Shown here: piece after piece, positions 39,246 to 51,908 of the stretch
Layout of the letters: the number at the start of each line of letters is the position of its first letter
Position numbering within the stretch: position 1 is the first letter of the stretch
Assembly (NCBI RefSeq): GCF_009834535.1
Contig: NC_045697.1
Coordinates: forward strand, 85,128,001 to 85,192,000
Direction: 5' to 3'
Length of the DNA: 64,000 bases
Source: Camelus ferus
Lineage: Eukaryota
Made by a program: the position numbers and the translations under genes
Notes under the pieces: model-generated
What the model was told of the DNA's origin: nothing
The model's database searches: none
Seen by the model: only the letters and a program-made list of their open reading frames with translations

Positions 39246-40819
39246 TCACCCTGGCAGGGTAGAGAGCACATATATTGGAGACTGAGTGTAATAAGAAACA
39301 GTGAGGTGAGGGTCCAGGCTATGTGTGCACTGTTGGTGGGAATGGAAACCAAGAGGGAGTGATGGATTTGAGAACCATTTAGGAAGGAGACTGGAGTTGG
39401 GGTGAGAAAGGACGACTTTTATCTGGAATGAGTAGGTCAGGAGGACAAGACTTTGGAACAGACAGTTTTCAGCTGAGCAGGCTGCATTTTTGGGAAGTTT
39501 TGGAAGCATTAGACTTGGATCTTTACTCAGTAGACCAGTATAGACTGCAAATAAAGGCTGAGTTTTTTAAACATATGATAGAAGTAAGTGGGATAGAAGT
39601 AGAAAAATCATGCCTGTCATACAATTTAAAGAAAATAACATCATGACCCAGTTCATCTAAGGATAGTAATCAACAAACATATCCAGCACAAATAAAAGCT
39701 GGGAGGAGAGGATGGTAGGACAATGTCCACACACAGTTAATATTTAATTTCTATCTGTCTCCCGTCACTTATTTATGTTGTGCAATTAAATAATCCAAGT
39801 AAGTTTTGCTTCTAGGAAACACTTCCAATAAAAGTGCCAATGGATTAAATTATCAATCCATCAAATTATTAATCTGGGCTGTACCTCCATCCAGGATAGA
39901 GCTCTACATGTGTACATTTCTTACTCTACAAGTAGTTCTTTCCATAAAGAAGTTCTCTGTTGATAAAGGTATTTTTATGAGTAGACCCACTGGGAGTACA
40001 TTGTTGCCTTAACCTTACCACCAAAGCTTCCTGGAAAGACAAGGAAAACATTTCATGATGGTGAGTTTCCTTTTATATGTACTGCTTACTCCATCCTTTA
40101 TCCTCTGGGAAATGCCAGTGGGGCTGAGTACTCGAGTTTCCCTCAGCATTCAAAGAGAACTGTGTGCTGTGCAATCTCACACATTACAACTTCAATGTTT
40201 CTTCTTACATTGAGCTACATTAATACTTTTTAAAAACTGTTTTTATTTTAGAAAGAAGCCAAGTGTTTTTCCTAACACCTCTGCCCATTTTCTGTCAACT
40301 GGCAATCTCACACAGGAGAATGGTGACACTGTTCACTGATAAACCACTTTTCTCTAAAGCCATCAATGATCCAATTAATTTTACTGACAATGGTAGTATT
40401 TTTGTCCTTTCATAAATAAACGTGAACAACTATGTCGATAATTTCTTTTCAATTCAAATGTCATAAGCAGAAAATCTAGACAATTACTAGTCGTGCTTTT
40501 TAAACCAAGGAGTTCATGCATGTTTTAGAATTCATTATTTGGCTTTAACAAAATAAATGATATCTATGACCAGTTAAATCTCTGGTTTAACTATCATTAA
40601 CCTGTCAAAGACTTGGACAGACACATGAAAGCTGCCTTGAATCACCATGCATTTATACCTGGGAAGAACAACTCAACTGCAATAAAACAGGGTACAAGCA
40701 CGTCTTAAAGAAAAATTTGTCTGCTGCCAGTAAACCAGGATAAAAAACATTGCTACAACGTGGTTACATGGATTATGCAATCAAAGGGCATAAAGCGCAC
40801 AAGACATTAATAGACACCA

Positions 40820-40936
40820 GCATGCACACGCACACACACACACACGCACTCACACATGCACACATAGATGCACAGCTACACACACACCCTACATGTACAC
40901 GTGGATGCACAGACACACACGCACACAAACACACAT
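40820..40936 (+). repeat. Imperfect (CA)n tract (UG-rich on the PRDM5 pre-mRNA)
   Basis: catgcacacgcacacacacacacacgcac..., about 115 nt. Confidence 0.9.
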
Positions 40937-40968
40937 CTCCTGTTACTGGCGGTTCCCGGAGGACACTA

Positions 40969-41385
<417 letters not shown>

Positions 41386-42224
41386 TTAGGTCTGCTTTTA
41401 GTCTCCGATGTCGTGAGGGTGTCTTGGAGCAAGACAGTGTGGGAACCCTGGTCTAGGTGATGCAAACTGTTTCCTGTCTCAACAGGATTCCTGGGAACGA
41501 AAACTTCAGAACCAAATTTTCAACAGATTTTGGTGGTAAGTTTAAGAAGTTAGAGCCCAAATGCAATATAAGTATTTTCATTTCCATTATCCAATCTTTT
41601 TTTCCTAGGTAGGCTGTTCTTTTATAAAATCTAAATTACTTTTTAAAATGAGGCATTTTTTATTGTTGGTCACAGACTCTCAAGGAAAAGAAATTATCTC
41701 CATAGGAAAAGGAAAAACTGTCCAAATTCCTTAGCCATCTTTGATATCAGGAACTTACATCACCATCTTTTTAGCTTGGAATGAATTACAGACTAAATTA
41801 ATTAATATTTTTCCAGTAAAACAGCTGGCCACTTACTAAATAGTGCACTGATAAAAAGATCTGTTCAAAGTAAAATTGCAATGAGATTTTTTTTTCAAGT
41901 ACAGCTTCAAAAATATGTTATAGACACTTTTTTTTGATTGAGGTAGTAGGTATATGCTTTAAATTTCATGTTATATGGACAAGTTTCGTTTATACATTCT
42001 CCTTAGTATTTAAAAGACTATTATAAAAATTTCCAGACTTACTAAACGGTATGTAAATAATCAGACAGACTTACCCGTACTCACTGGCTAGCTTGAGAAA
42101 CGGGACATGACCAGCCCAGGTGTCCCTCTCGATGGCCCCACCATGTCCCGACTGCAGCCCCACCCTCCCCCCCCCGGAGATGACCAGTCTCTGGACACAG
42201 GGCTTATCACTCCCTGGCTTTCTC

Positions 42225-44470
42225 TACATTTTTACTGTAAGAAATGGATGGATCTCTATGCAAGACATAGTGTTATTTTGCCTTTTAAAATTATGTAGGT
42301 AGTAACATACTGAATGTATTGTCAGTTCTTTTGAAACTCAGTACTTATTTCTGCTCAACATGCGCCCCCTGTCCCCACTCCCACTCTGTGAACCCCTGCA
42401 GCTCCTGCTGACTCATTCTCAGTGAGGGCAGTTTTATGTTCAATGGCCACACCACAATTTGCTTACATATATCCTCCAGGGATGGATAGCCACATTTTTC
42501 CCTGTTTTTCACTCTTACAAATAATGTTGTTCTAAACATTCCTTTACATGTAGACTTGAACACAGATGAGCATAATTCCCTACGATATTTATATGTAGAA
42601 GTGGAATTGCATCGTCAACTTTTCTGGGAATGGCCAAACACCTCTACGAAGTGAATAAAGTTTTACATGCCAATATCTAGCATATTGTTATAATTCTATC
42701 ACTGTATTTTACAAATTTTGAGAGTCTCATTAGGTACACAGTGAATATGTAAGTTTGCAATTATTATTCTCCTGGCAAACAGGTCCTTTTATCAATTTGA
42801 AGTGACCTACTTTATCTGTAATAATCCATTTTACCTTAAAATTAATTTGGTACTAATGCAGCAATAAAAGCTTTTTAAAGTGAGTATTTGCTGTGGGGTG
42901 AGGAACTTGGTGAGATGTTGGTCAAAGGGTACAAATTCACAATTGGATGATGAGTAAGTCCTGAAGATCTAATGCACAGCTTTGTGATTATCACTAACAA
43001 TACTGTAGTGTATACTGAATAGTTGCTAAGACTAGATCCTAAATGTTCTCACCACAAAAAAGAATGATAGTTATATGACCTGATGGAGGTGTGGTGTTAG
43101 CTAACACTCCAGTGGTAATCATACTGCGATATATAAATGTGTCAAATCAATGCTTTGCAAACCTTCAACTTATACAATGTTATATGTCAATTATATCTGT
43201 TAAAAATAAAATAAGTGAAATAAATAAAATAAAATTAGTATTTGCCTGGTATGACCCCTCTTTCACTTTCAAACCGTCTATATCCTTAGGTATGACGAGC
43301 ATCTCTTGTAAACAAATATACAACTGAATTTTTTAAACCAAACTTATATCACTATTTTTAAGATACTGCACTTTAGTTTTTAATATTTATTATCATTTAA
43401 TAATTATATTGTTATAATAGAATAGAATCACCATTATAATAAATATATAATGCAATTGATACATCTATTTATTAATATGTTATTAATTGATAACATGTTT
43501 GAATATATTTCTAACATTTTATTGTGTGCATTCTTTTATCTTGCTTGTTTTCTAAGATTTTTTTCCCCTGTATTTTCTTGCATGTTTTGGATTGATCCTT
43601 TCGCCTCATATTATTATAGAAGTTAGGAAGTCTACTTCTATCCTTTCAGTGGTTTTCCTTAGGATTTTTTTTACCATGTACATCTGACACAATTTAAAGT
43701 TTGTTTTCCCTCTTTCTGATTAACATGTCCTGTAGAATGCTCCTGTCTTACATGTGATGTGTAGCAGTATTTTATTTGTATCTTGATTTCTCATGCCCAG
43801 TATGGACTCAGTATTTTATACAGTCAGTGTGGTTTAGCTTTACAGACTTCAACAATTTCTTTAATTTTCATGCTTTTTAAAATACTTGACCTTTTAAGGA
43901 TCTGCTAATAGTAAATTCTGTTTTTATTTGATAGAAAATAACTGTTTCTCATTTGTTGTTGAATCAAAGTCTACAATCCCAACTAGATGTATAATAGACT
44001 TTTTCTATTTTTCATGTCTCTTAACCTTTCTTTCTCATTTCCATCTATTTGTATTGCACTGTATGTAATTTCTTTAGAATCAGTTGATCAGTTCTCTTCA
44101 GATATGAATAACTTGCTACCTAATAGGAACATTTGAGTTTTTAATTTCCATTATTGTATTTCTAATTTCTAGAACTTTCTATGTGGCTCTTTTCAATTAT
44201 GCTTAATTTTTGATAAAGTCTTACTTTTTATTCACGCTGCTTTTGCACATTTAAAAATATTCTAGGCATTTATATCACTTTCTTTATCTGATAAATCATT
44301 ATCTCTGTGCTTTGGAAGTCTAGTTCTCCTGTTTGTGGTTTCTCCTGTCTGCTGCGCATGCCTCTCATTTCCTTGTGTATTTCTGGAATTTGAAATCACG
44401 AGCTCCTGTTTGGTGGTCTTTATCTGTTAAAATCCTGTGACCCCCGGGTTGAGGGTAAGTCCCTCCAGAC
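42225..44470 (-). mobile_element. Ancient L1M remnants (antisense), interrupted by a younger L1 at about 42890-43235
   Basis: T-rich L1-antisense signatures (gtagaagtggaattgc, ctttcactttcaaac, catctcttgtaaaca, ttattgtatttctaatttctagaa). Confidence 0.55.
42890..43235 (+). mobile_element. L1MA9-like 3' end
   Basis: gagatgttggtcaaagggtacaaa...gatctaatgcacagc...aaatgttctcaccacaaaaaa...tatacaatgttatatgtcaattatatct plus an A-tail. Confidence 0.88.
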
Positions 44471-47400
44471 AGCATTTGTGTTTGCCTCTGCCAGGCACTC
44501 TGGGATGCTATCAATCAAAGACTATTTAAAGTTTATTTCTTGCCTGAGGGTTTTCTGGTCAGGCAAGCATTTTAAGTCTGAACTCCAAACACACTTGAAG
44601 GAAGGATTGTGGTTACAAACTCTAAGTATAACTCTTTCTCTACCCAGCAATTACTCCAAGACAGTCAAATGTCCTGAGCATCTCTGCTTGCCAAAAGTGG
44701 ACTATTCTCTGATTTCATTTTGAGTATAGCCTTTCTGGGGTCCCAGAACTATGGCAGGATGTGGCTCCATCTCACCGTATAACTTGAGCCCGGAGCTTGT
44801 CTCCTTTCCCCTCACCATTAAAAATCAAGTCCTGAGTTTATGGAAACCAGCAAACACCCTACAAGGTGCTGTATCCTCAACTTGACTTCCTCACTCTGGA
44901 GTCAAGCTCCAGCTTTTTTCAATGGCTCCTGTAGACTACTGTTACTTTTTTTTTTTTTTAAACGCATTCAGATCTTTGCTGTTTGCTTTATTTTACCATT
45001 GACAGGTGTACAAGGTCTCTTTTCTAGGATATGGAGTCTACCATATTGCCAGAAACAGAAGCAACTGTACATATTATTTTCAAGACATGAAAAATTATTT
45101 TAATTGGCTGTTCACAGTTAACAGAAAAAAAGTAACTGCATTTTCTTGGCAGTCTAAGAAATATGATGTTTATAACTTTTCCCTTCCAATCTGAATAAAC
45201 ATAATCTCTTTTCACATGCTGCATTATTTTTAGGATGTATTGTTTCTTCAAATATTGCCTCATTAAAAAAAAAACTTGAAAAGGAAAATGTAGTTCTAAG
45301 TATTTAGATCAGATATTTTCTGGGAATTCCTGGGACTGTGTATTAGGCTTTTATTATATCAAAAAATTTTACTTAAACTTAAATTTTAAAAACATATAAA
45401 ATATATCAATAAGATGTATAATGAGAAGGGGAAAAAAAAGAAAGCTCTTCTCTCTGCAATTTATCTTTAAAACCAGATCTTGTAAAGAAGTGAGAGGCAC
45501 ATCGCTGTGGCAGCTGCCAGTGGCAGGTAAATGTCAGGCAGAGAACAATCTAAGACAGAACATCTTAAGAGAGTGAGAGGAAGTTTCAGGGAAGAGGAGG
45601 CAGTGAAAAGCAAGATCTGAGCATCTCTGGTTAAGAACATCCCTCTCACTCATTCCTCGGTTTCCTCTCAGGAGGTACCGTCTAGGTCAGCATCCTAGAG
45701 ATGGCCCTGTGGAGACCTAGAGGTTCCCAGACAGTCTCCAGAGATGCCGGTGGGGCACGGGGCTCTGCAATTATCACCAGAGGTTGAAAAGCCCACATCT
45801 GTATCATGCATTGGCTCAGACTGAATGAATAATGTCTTACACACACACATTCACTCACTCACATATTGATATTTTTCAAATGTTCACAGATACTATCGGT
45901 GATTAATTTAATATATTCATTTATAAATGTCACTGAATTATATTACTTCCATGTACTTTCTCCTACAAAACACTAAAAGCCATCATGTGTTTATATGTGT
46001 GTGTTGGTAAGAAAGTGGGGGGTGAAATTTATAAAATTAGAAAGGCTCCTTCACTTCAGAAAGCCTGAGAATCACAACTGGAAGAGGGACCCATTTGATT
46101 AAGTAGTTCTGTATTTGCCTGGACTCCCTCTTCTCTACCAAGAACCATTTGCAGCCAGGGATTCCCTGGGGCTTTTCTCCCAAGAGAAGCTCACAAAGGA
46201 CCCTACAACCATTCTGCTCCGGTAAACAGCTTTTATACCGGAGAGAGAGCCAAGACGTCACAGGTCACTCATTTCAAATGGAAGAACTTCAAATGAACTG
46301 AAACAGGAAGAAATAAATGCATTTTTTTTCCTCAGAAAGGAATCTCTCATGCCCCTTGCTTACTGATTTCTTCCATTACTCCTATTTAGCCATGTTAAAG
46401 AAAGATCGCCCTTCTCATGGTAAGCACAGTCGGGCATAAGGAGTCAGCTGGGTGGTGCAGAGCATCCTTCCACAAAGACACGTGCACCTGTTCCTGTCTC
46501 TGAAAACTGAAAAAATCTTTGCTGCCTCTAGAACATTCCTGAGTAAACTTAGCCCTAACCTCATGGTCCAGAAGAATCCATGCTTGTGTGCAAGGGTGCA
46601 AGAGAACTTCAATTTCTAATCTCCACTGCCTACTCTGGCCATAAGGTTCACTGAGGATGATGGTGGTCAGGGAATTAGTGGTTGATACGGCAAGGGACCA
46701 TGTGACAGAGGGCGCTTAGGAAGCCACAGCAGACTTTAACTTCTGTCAGGTGAGGCAGCGGGGTTGAGGCTGAGCCACCTACTACCCCCCCAAGAACACA
46801 CTGGAAGACAGTCCACAGGCTGGCGGGCTGCAGTGTGTGAGCGTGTTTGGACACTGTTGGACTTTCAAAGGCCCCACCGCTCTCCCCTACAAAGAACGCA
46901 AACACGATCATCGTTAAACTGAATCACATCTTAACCTCATTACTTCTCTTCCTCTGTCTTTCCCTCCATTATGAAGTCTTTAATCGGGGCACAAAATCTG
47001 ATTCAGTGAAGGATTATGGAAATTGCTTAAAACACTGTTTCAGAGTGGAATGCGTAGTATAAATGACACATTTTAACTCATTAGCTGGATTTAACTAGAG
47101 ACAAAATGATTAGGTCCTTGATTAATTCTGTTTCTGAATGATTATACAGTCTAACTGACAAAGAGCCTGTCCTTTGTCATCATAACTGGGGAATCATTAC
47201 GACATGGAGCCGATCTGCTTGTCAGCTACACTGCCTCATCTGTCAAAGGCAGAATTCATCAACAGTCAAGCTTTAATCAAACGGTATTTGGCAGAACTCT
47301 TTCAGAAGGTAAGATTTATAGAGCTCTATGCACTGCATCTTGTGATGTAGCTAATAAACAGTCGTATTTTTGTGCTATTAAAAGAACAGAAACTTCATAT

Positions 47401-48819
47401 GTTATATTTTTTGCCAATATAAACTGAATTAATGAATTTCAACATCATTTGAGAGGGCTTGGTAGAAAAAAAAGTCACAGTGTTTATAAATCTTGGAAGG
47501 ATCTGAATGTTGAAGTTCTTTGAAACAGAAATTCATTGGAAGCCTGGTAGTTTAGTTAAGAACTGCTTTAAGGGCGGATATTTAAAAAAAAGAGAGAACT
47601 GCTTGCCAGGAGGTGAAGGAGCAGGCTCCCCACTACATAGACCACCAAAGACAAAGATGGACCATGGGCAGATTAGCTACATGATGTAAACACATACCAA
47701 GAAGATTCTCTATGATTGTTTTCACGTTAGTCCACAATCAAATAGAAACAGAAAATTTAACAAATGAGTGTGTTTCCCCTGTAGTCAGAGGTCAGTGTAA
47801 ATGGTGTCAGGAAGTCATGGATGATGGTTAATAACGTCTTTCATGGCACTGGTAGCCTGACCCCAATACAATTAAGAAAGGAAGATTAGTAAGCGATTAA
47901 AAGCACACAGGCAAACCAGTGTGTATGGTGAGGACTGATTGAGCCTGCGGCACTCTGAATACACATACACAGTCTGCTTGTGTTCAACTTGTGAGTGAAA
48001 CAGTGGCGCCTCGGTTATTACATCTTACATGAATATACTTGATGGACAAACCTTTCTTCAACTTGTCTTGCTCAAAGCTGTAACAAGGCCAGAGTGTCTG
48101 TGCTGTTAATGAAATAACTTCCATGTGAACAACTGGGATATCAAACACAATCTGAGAGAAGAAACTCACTAAAGAGGACACAGATATAGAAATAAGTTCT
48201 CTCTCTCTCTTACACATACAAAATTGTGTTAGAATTAAAAGTTATTTTTTGTTACAAATTAATTTCATTTGATTATTTTTTCTAGATCCAGGCATTTTAT
48301 AGCTATTAATATTTAGCCTATAGCTTTTGCCAGGTGATCATTTCCTATTTCTAAATTTAAAAGAAAATCTTAAAAACCTCATGAAGCAGAGGTTCATTAA
48401 TTTCTTAAGTATGAATCATGAATTTCTTAAATGCATGGATTCCATTTTCTTAAGTTATAAATCTCTCCACTGTGAAATTTCTAAATAAACAAAAATTTTG
48501 TAAGTTTTGAGTTTCCCATTTTCTCACCTGCTACAGCAGTGGCTGACTTTCTCCTGTTGGATGTACTACAAACAGGCAGAGGTGAAATGGGCAACTTGTA
48601 ACTAAAAAGGCTGCATTATACTTTTAAAGGATTTCAGGCAATGTCATTTAACCCTCAATTTTTTCCATCTGCAAAATGTCTCACTAATTTCCAAAGTGGA
48701 ATATGGCGCCTTAAGTGAAAGGAAAGATCATCTGCAGTCAGCCTCCCTCCAGCCTGAACCCTGGCAAGACCCATCTGCCAAACCTTCCCCGACAAGGCAC
48801 AGAGCTCCACCGCGGTGGA

Positions 48820-49000
48820 GCAGGGCTTCTCAGCCTCAGCATTCCTGATATTTAGGAACAAGTTATTCTTTGTTTTGGGGTGCTGCCCTGTGCACCCACT
48901 AGAAGTCAAGAGCACCCCCACCCAAGTTGGGACTACTCAAAGTACCTCCGGATGTTGCCAGATGCACCCTGAGTGGCAAAAGCGCAGAAGCACTGCACAC
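48820..49000. mobile_element. MER20 hAT MITE
   Basis: cagggcttctcagcctcagcatt...ttattctttgttttgggg...gccctgtgca...ttgccagatgcaccctg...ggcaaaa. Confidence 0.8.
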
Positions 49001-49389
49001 AAGGTGGCTTCTCCAACTGTCTGCAGCGACAGGTTGTGTTTTTCCCAGCGTACTGCTGACTGAGACTTTTGTAAAATATATTTTAAGTGAATTACTAAAA
49101 CCACGATCGTGCACTTACAGGGGCAGCAATGTCAAAACGCTGTAAAAGTTCTAACACTTCCTCACAATTTCTGTGCTTATCACAGACCAGAAGCAGAGAG
49201 TTGGCGGGCCAGAACTGTGTTTTTGAGCCATATTTTGAACAGCACTGTCTAGGAAAAAAATGTCTTTGATCAAAGGATGTCCATGATTCAATTTTGTCAT
49301 CATGCAAGTGAACAAATTCTGTAATATAATTATACTTAAACCTAGAATTAAATATTATTTTGATATTACACATAAAAACCCCAAGCTTT

Positions 49390-49530
49390 CTGGTTGGAGG
49401 TAGTGGGGAGGTTATAAATGGGGAAAGAAAAAGTGGGTGAACCTGGGTGAGGGTACATGGAGATTTATTATCCTAGCCTCTCTACTTCTGTAAGTTTGAA
49501 ATTTTCCTTATAAAATGTTAAAAAAAAAAT
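49390..49530 (+). mobile_element. Old L1 (L1MC/MD-like) extreme 3' end
   Basis: ctgggtgagggtacatggagattt...ctctacttctgtaagtttgaaattttcc plus an A-tail. Confidence 0.65.
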
Positions 49531-50949
49531 TTAAATTGCTTTCATGTTATTCTAAGACTTAAAATACCACTATTCTCCTTCTGCTTCAGAGATCCTGCCT
49601 TTTTTTAAAAGGACCATTTCTGACCTCAGGAAGACGGATGGTGTAGAAATTGAGCCATCTCAGAAGTCAGAAGCACTGTCTCAGAAGTGGCTTCTCAGAG
49701 ACGACCCAGTGCTCCCTTGACGGGCCCACCTGTCGGCCACAGAAATGCAGCCAGGTGAGCAGCACACTCCAGAGGGCCAGCTCCTGGGACGCCGAGGTCC
49801 TTTACACAGAGATGTGTCCCGACTGGAGGGTTTCTTGTGCTCCTACAGGGCGGGGCTGCCTGTGGGAGCGGGTTGGCGTCTGTACCTCGCTAGGTACCTC
49901 CCCTGACAGATGCTCCAAGAATGAAGGACAGCTGCAGGCAGCGGCCCGCAGTGTCTCTGACCACCGACCAGAGGTCAGCCTCGACGTGTGCTCCTCAGGG
50001 TGGCATAAACTGTGAAGCCCATATGGAAATTGCCCGATTTTCCCTAGGAGCCAATTAATTCTTTTAGTCACACTGGCTTTGTGACCCTAAGAGGAGAGCC
50101 TGGTCCTAGGAAACATCCAAGTCTCAGCAGAACTGCAGGCGGAATTTAGAGGAGGGTTTGCCAGGGTGGCCCCATGGGCTGCTATTACACACAGCTAAGG
50201 GGACAGCCCCACGGCCTGCAGGACAGCCCGCCTTATATCTTAACAGCCCCGTTCCTGCAAGTTCAAGTGCCACCAGCTGCACACAATCAAAATGCACCGA
50301 GTTTCCCTCTAACGAGCAGCCTCCCCTAGAAAACGTCTTTTACAGATGTTTATAGCTTTTGTGACTTTTTATTCACCGTCTTATTTTTATAGCTGGTGTG
50401 ATCTTTCAACATATGACAAAACATACCTATGGCCTAGTAAACAACGCACCTAAAACTTATAACTCTTAGGGAAGCCTACAGAAAGCTGGGAGAATATTTA
50501 AAGTAGGTTTCTACACAACACATCCATAATTGGTTCTGCATTGTAGCTAATGGAAAACACACTTTCTGCAAACTAGGATAATGAACTCCACGATTCACAC
50601 ATAGAAAACTAAAAATAAGCGCAGTAAATGGAATATAATTTTTATATCAAAGTGTTGTATTTGCACTTTAAATAGAAACAAAGAAGCACTCAGTCTCTTT
50701 TTAATTAATCCACTCCTGAGGCCCACAGAATACTCTGCGTGAGTGTCCCGGCTGGAAGAAAGTCCTATCACTGAAGGCCTGGAGGTAACAGAAGACCTTC
50801 TCTGGCATAAAGCAAGCAAAGAATTGCCCAAAGTAGTTCAAAAACCTTGTTTTCTCGCGGCCACAGGGGTGACACAAACTGGTCCATTTGGAAGAGTAAG
50901 ATAAACGGACTGAACTAAAGTTTCCCTCATATTTTCACTCTCGTGATCT

Positions 50950-51320
50950 CTAGCCCCGGGGATTTTATAGCTGCCTGCACATTCAAACCACCTGAGAATC
51001 TTTTGTGAAATATTGCTGCCTGGTCCCCACCCCCAGAAACTGATTTAACAGGTCTGGGCATGGCTAGATATTGGTGTTTTTTAAAAGCTCCCAAGGTGCT
51101 GCTTCTTTACCGTTTTTTTTTTTTTTTTTTTTTTTTGGTTTTTTTTTTGAGGGGGTGGGGATCATGTTTATTTATTTATTTATCTTAATGGAGGTACTGG
51201 GGATGGAACCCAGGACCTTGTGCCTGCTAAGCACACTCTGCCACTGAGCTGTACACCCCCACCTCTGCCCCGCCCCAAGGCACTTCTTCTGATGTGCAAC
51301 CAGGAGCGAGAACTTCTCTC
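50950..51320. mobile_element. MER5-like hAT MITE split by the SINE at 51113-51265
   Basis: ctgcacattcaaaccacctg...cccacccccagaaactgatttaacaggtctgg...aaagctcccaagg, and after the SINE, ttctgatgtgcaaccagg...gagaac. Confidence 0.7.
51113..51265 (-). mobile_element. vic-1-type camelid SINE with a long poly(A) tail, inserted into a MER5-like element
   Basis: tRNA-Ala-like head, (AAAT)n and a ~35-nt T-tract on the + strand. Degenerate flanking duplication ccaagg...cttct. Confidence 0.85.
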
Positions 51321-51714
51321 AAGTACTAACTGTAATGGAAATAATCACTAGGCAGCAACAATCCCTTGGATTGCCCCTTCTCTTACCACTCCTCCTCCTT
51401 TACCCCCAGGGCACTACTGCGCACGTCAACAGACTGCTTGCTTCCTGGCTGACAAAGTGCTACTAACTTTTAAGGATTTATTTCCCCATTCAGTTGTTAA
51501 GCAAGGCTGCAAATTTGGTATGGTTGTTCTCACTTAGCAGATGAAGAAATATTCACTTTAAAACATGACCAAGGTTACACAGTCGGGCAGAGAGGCCAGA
51601 ACTCAAAAACAAGGCAGCCTTCCTCCAGGGCTGGAGGCGCCCGCCCCGCCCCGCCCCGCGGTCAGGTGCTCTGGAAGAGGTGCCTCCCGGGCCCAGCCAA
51701 GACTGGGCATCTTG

Positions 51715-51908
51715 ACCAGGCTAAACTTTGGCCTGAAACCTCCCTGCACATGGAATCACCTGGAAGCTTCAAAAACTGCTCCTGCCAGTGACCCTTTCCT
51801 CCGGAGGGTGCAACTTCACTGCTCTGGGGTGTGGCTTGGGCTTCCCCATGTTTAAAGGACCCCCAGGTGATTTTAAATATGAAGACCCTTTGGGAAGCAC
51901 TGGGCTAA
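51715..51908. mobile_element. MER5-like hAT MITE
   Basis: ctgcacatggaatcacctggaagctt...ccccaggtgattttaa...ttgggaagcactgggcta. Confidence 0.65.

Noticed and set aside
42068..42080. Strong minus-strand donor CGG|gtaagt 1 kb upstream of the penultimate exon
   Set aside because: No convincing matching acceptor was found, and it borders L1-derived sequence.
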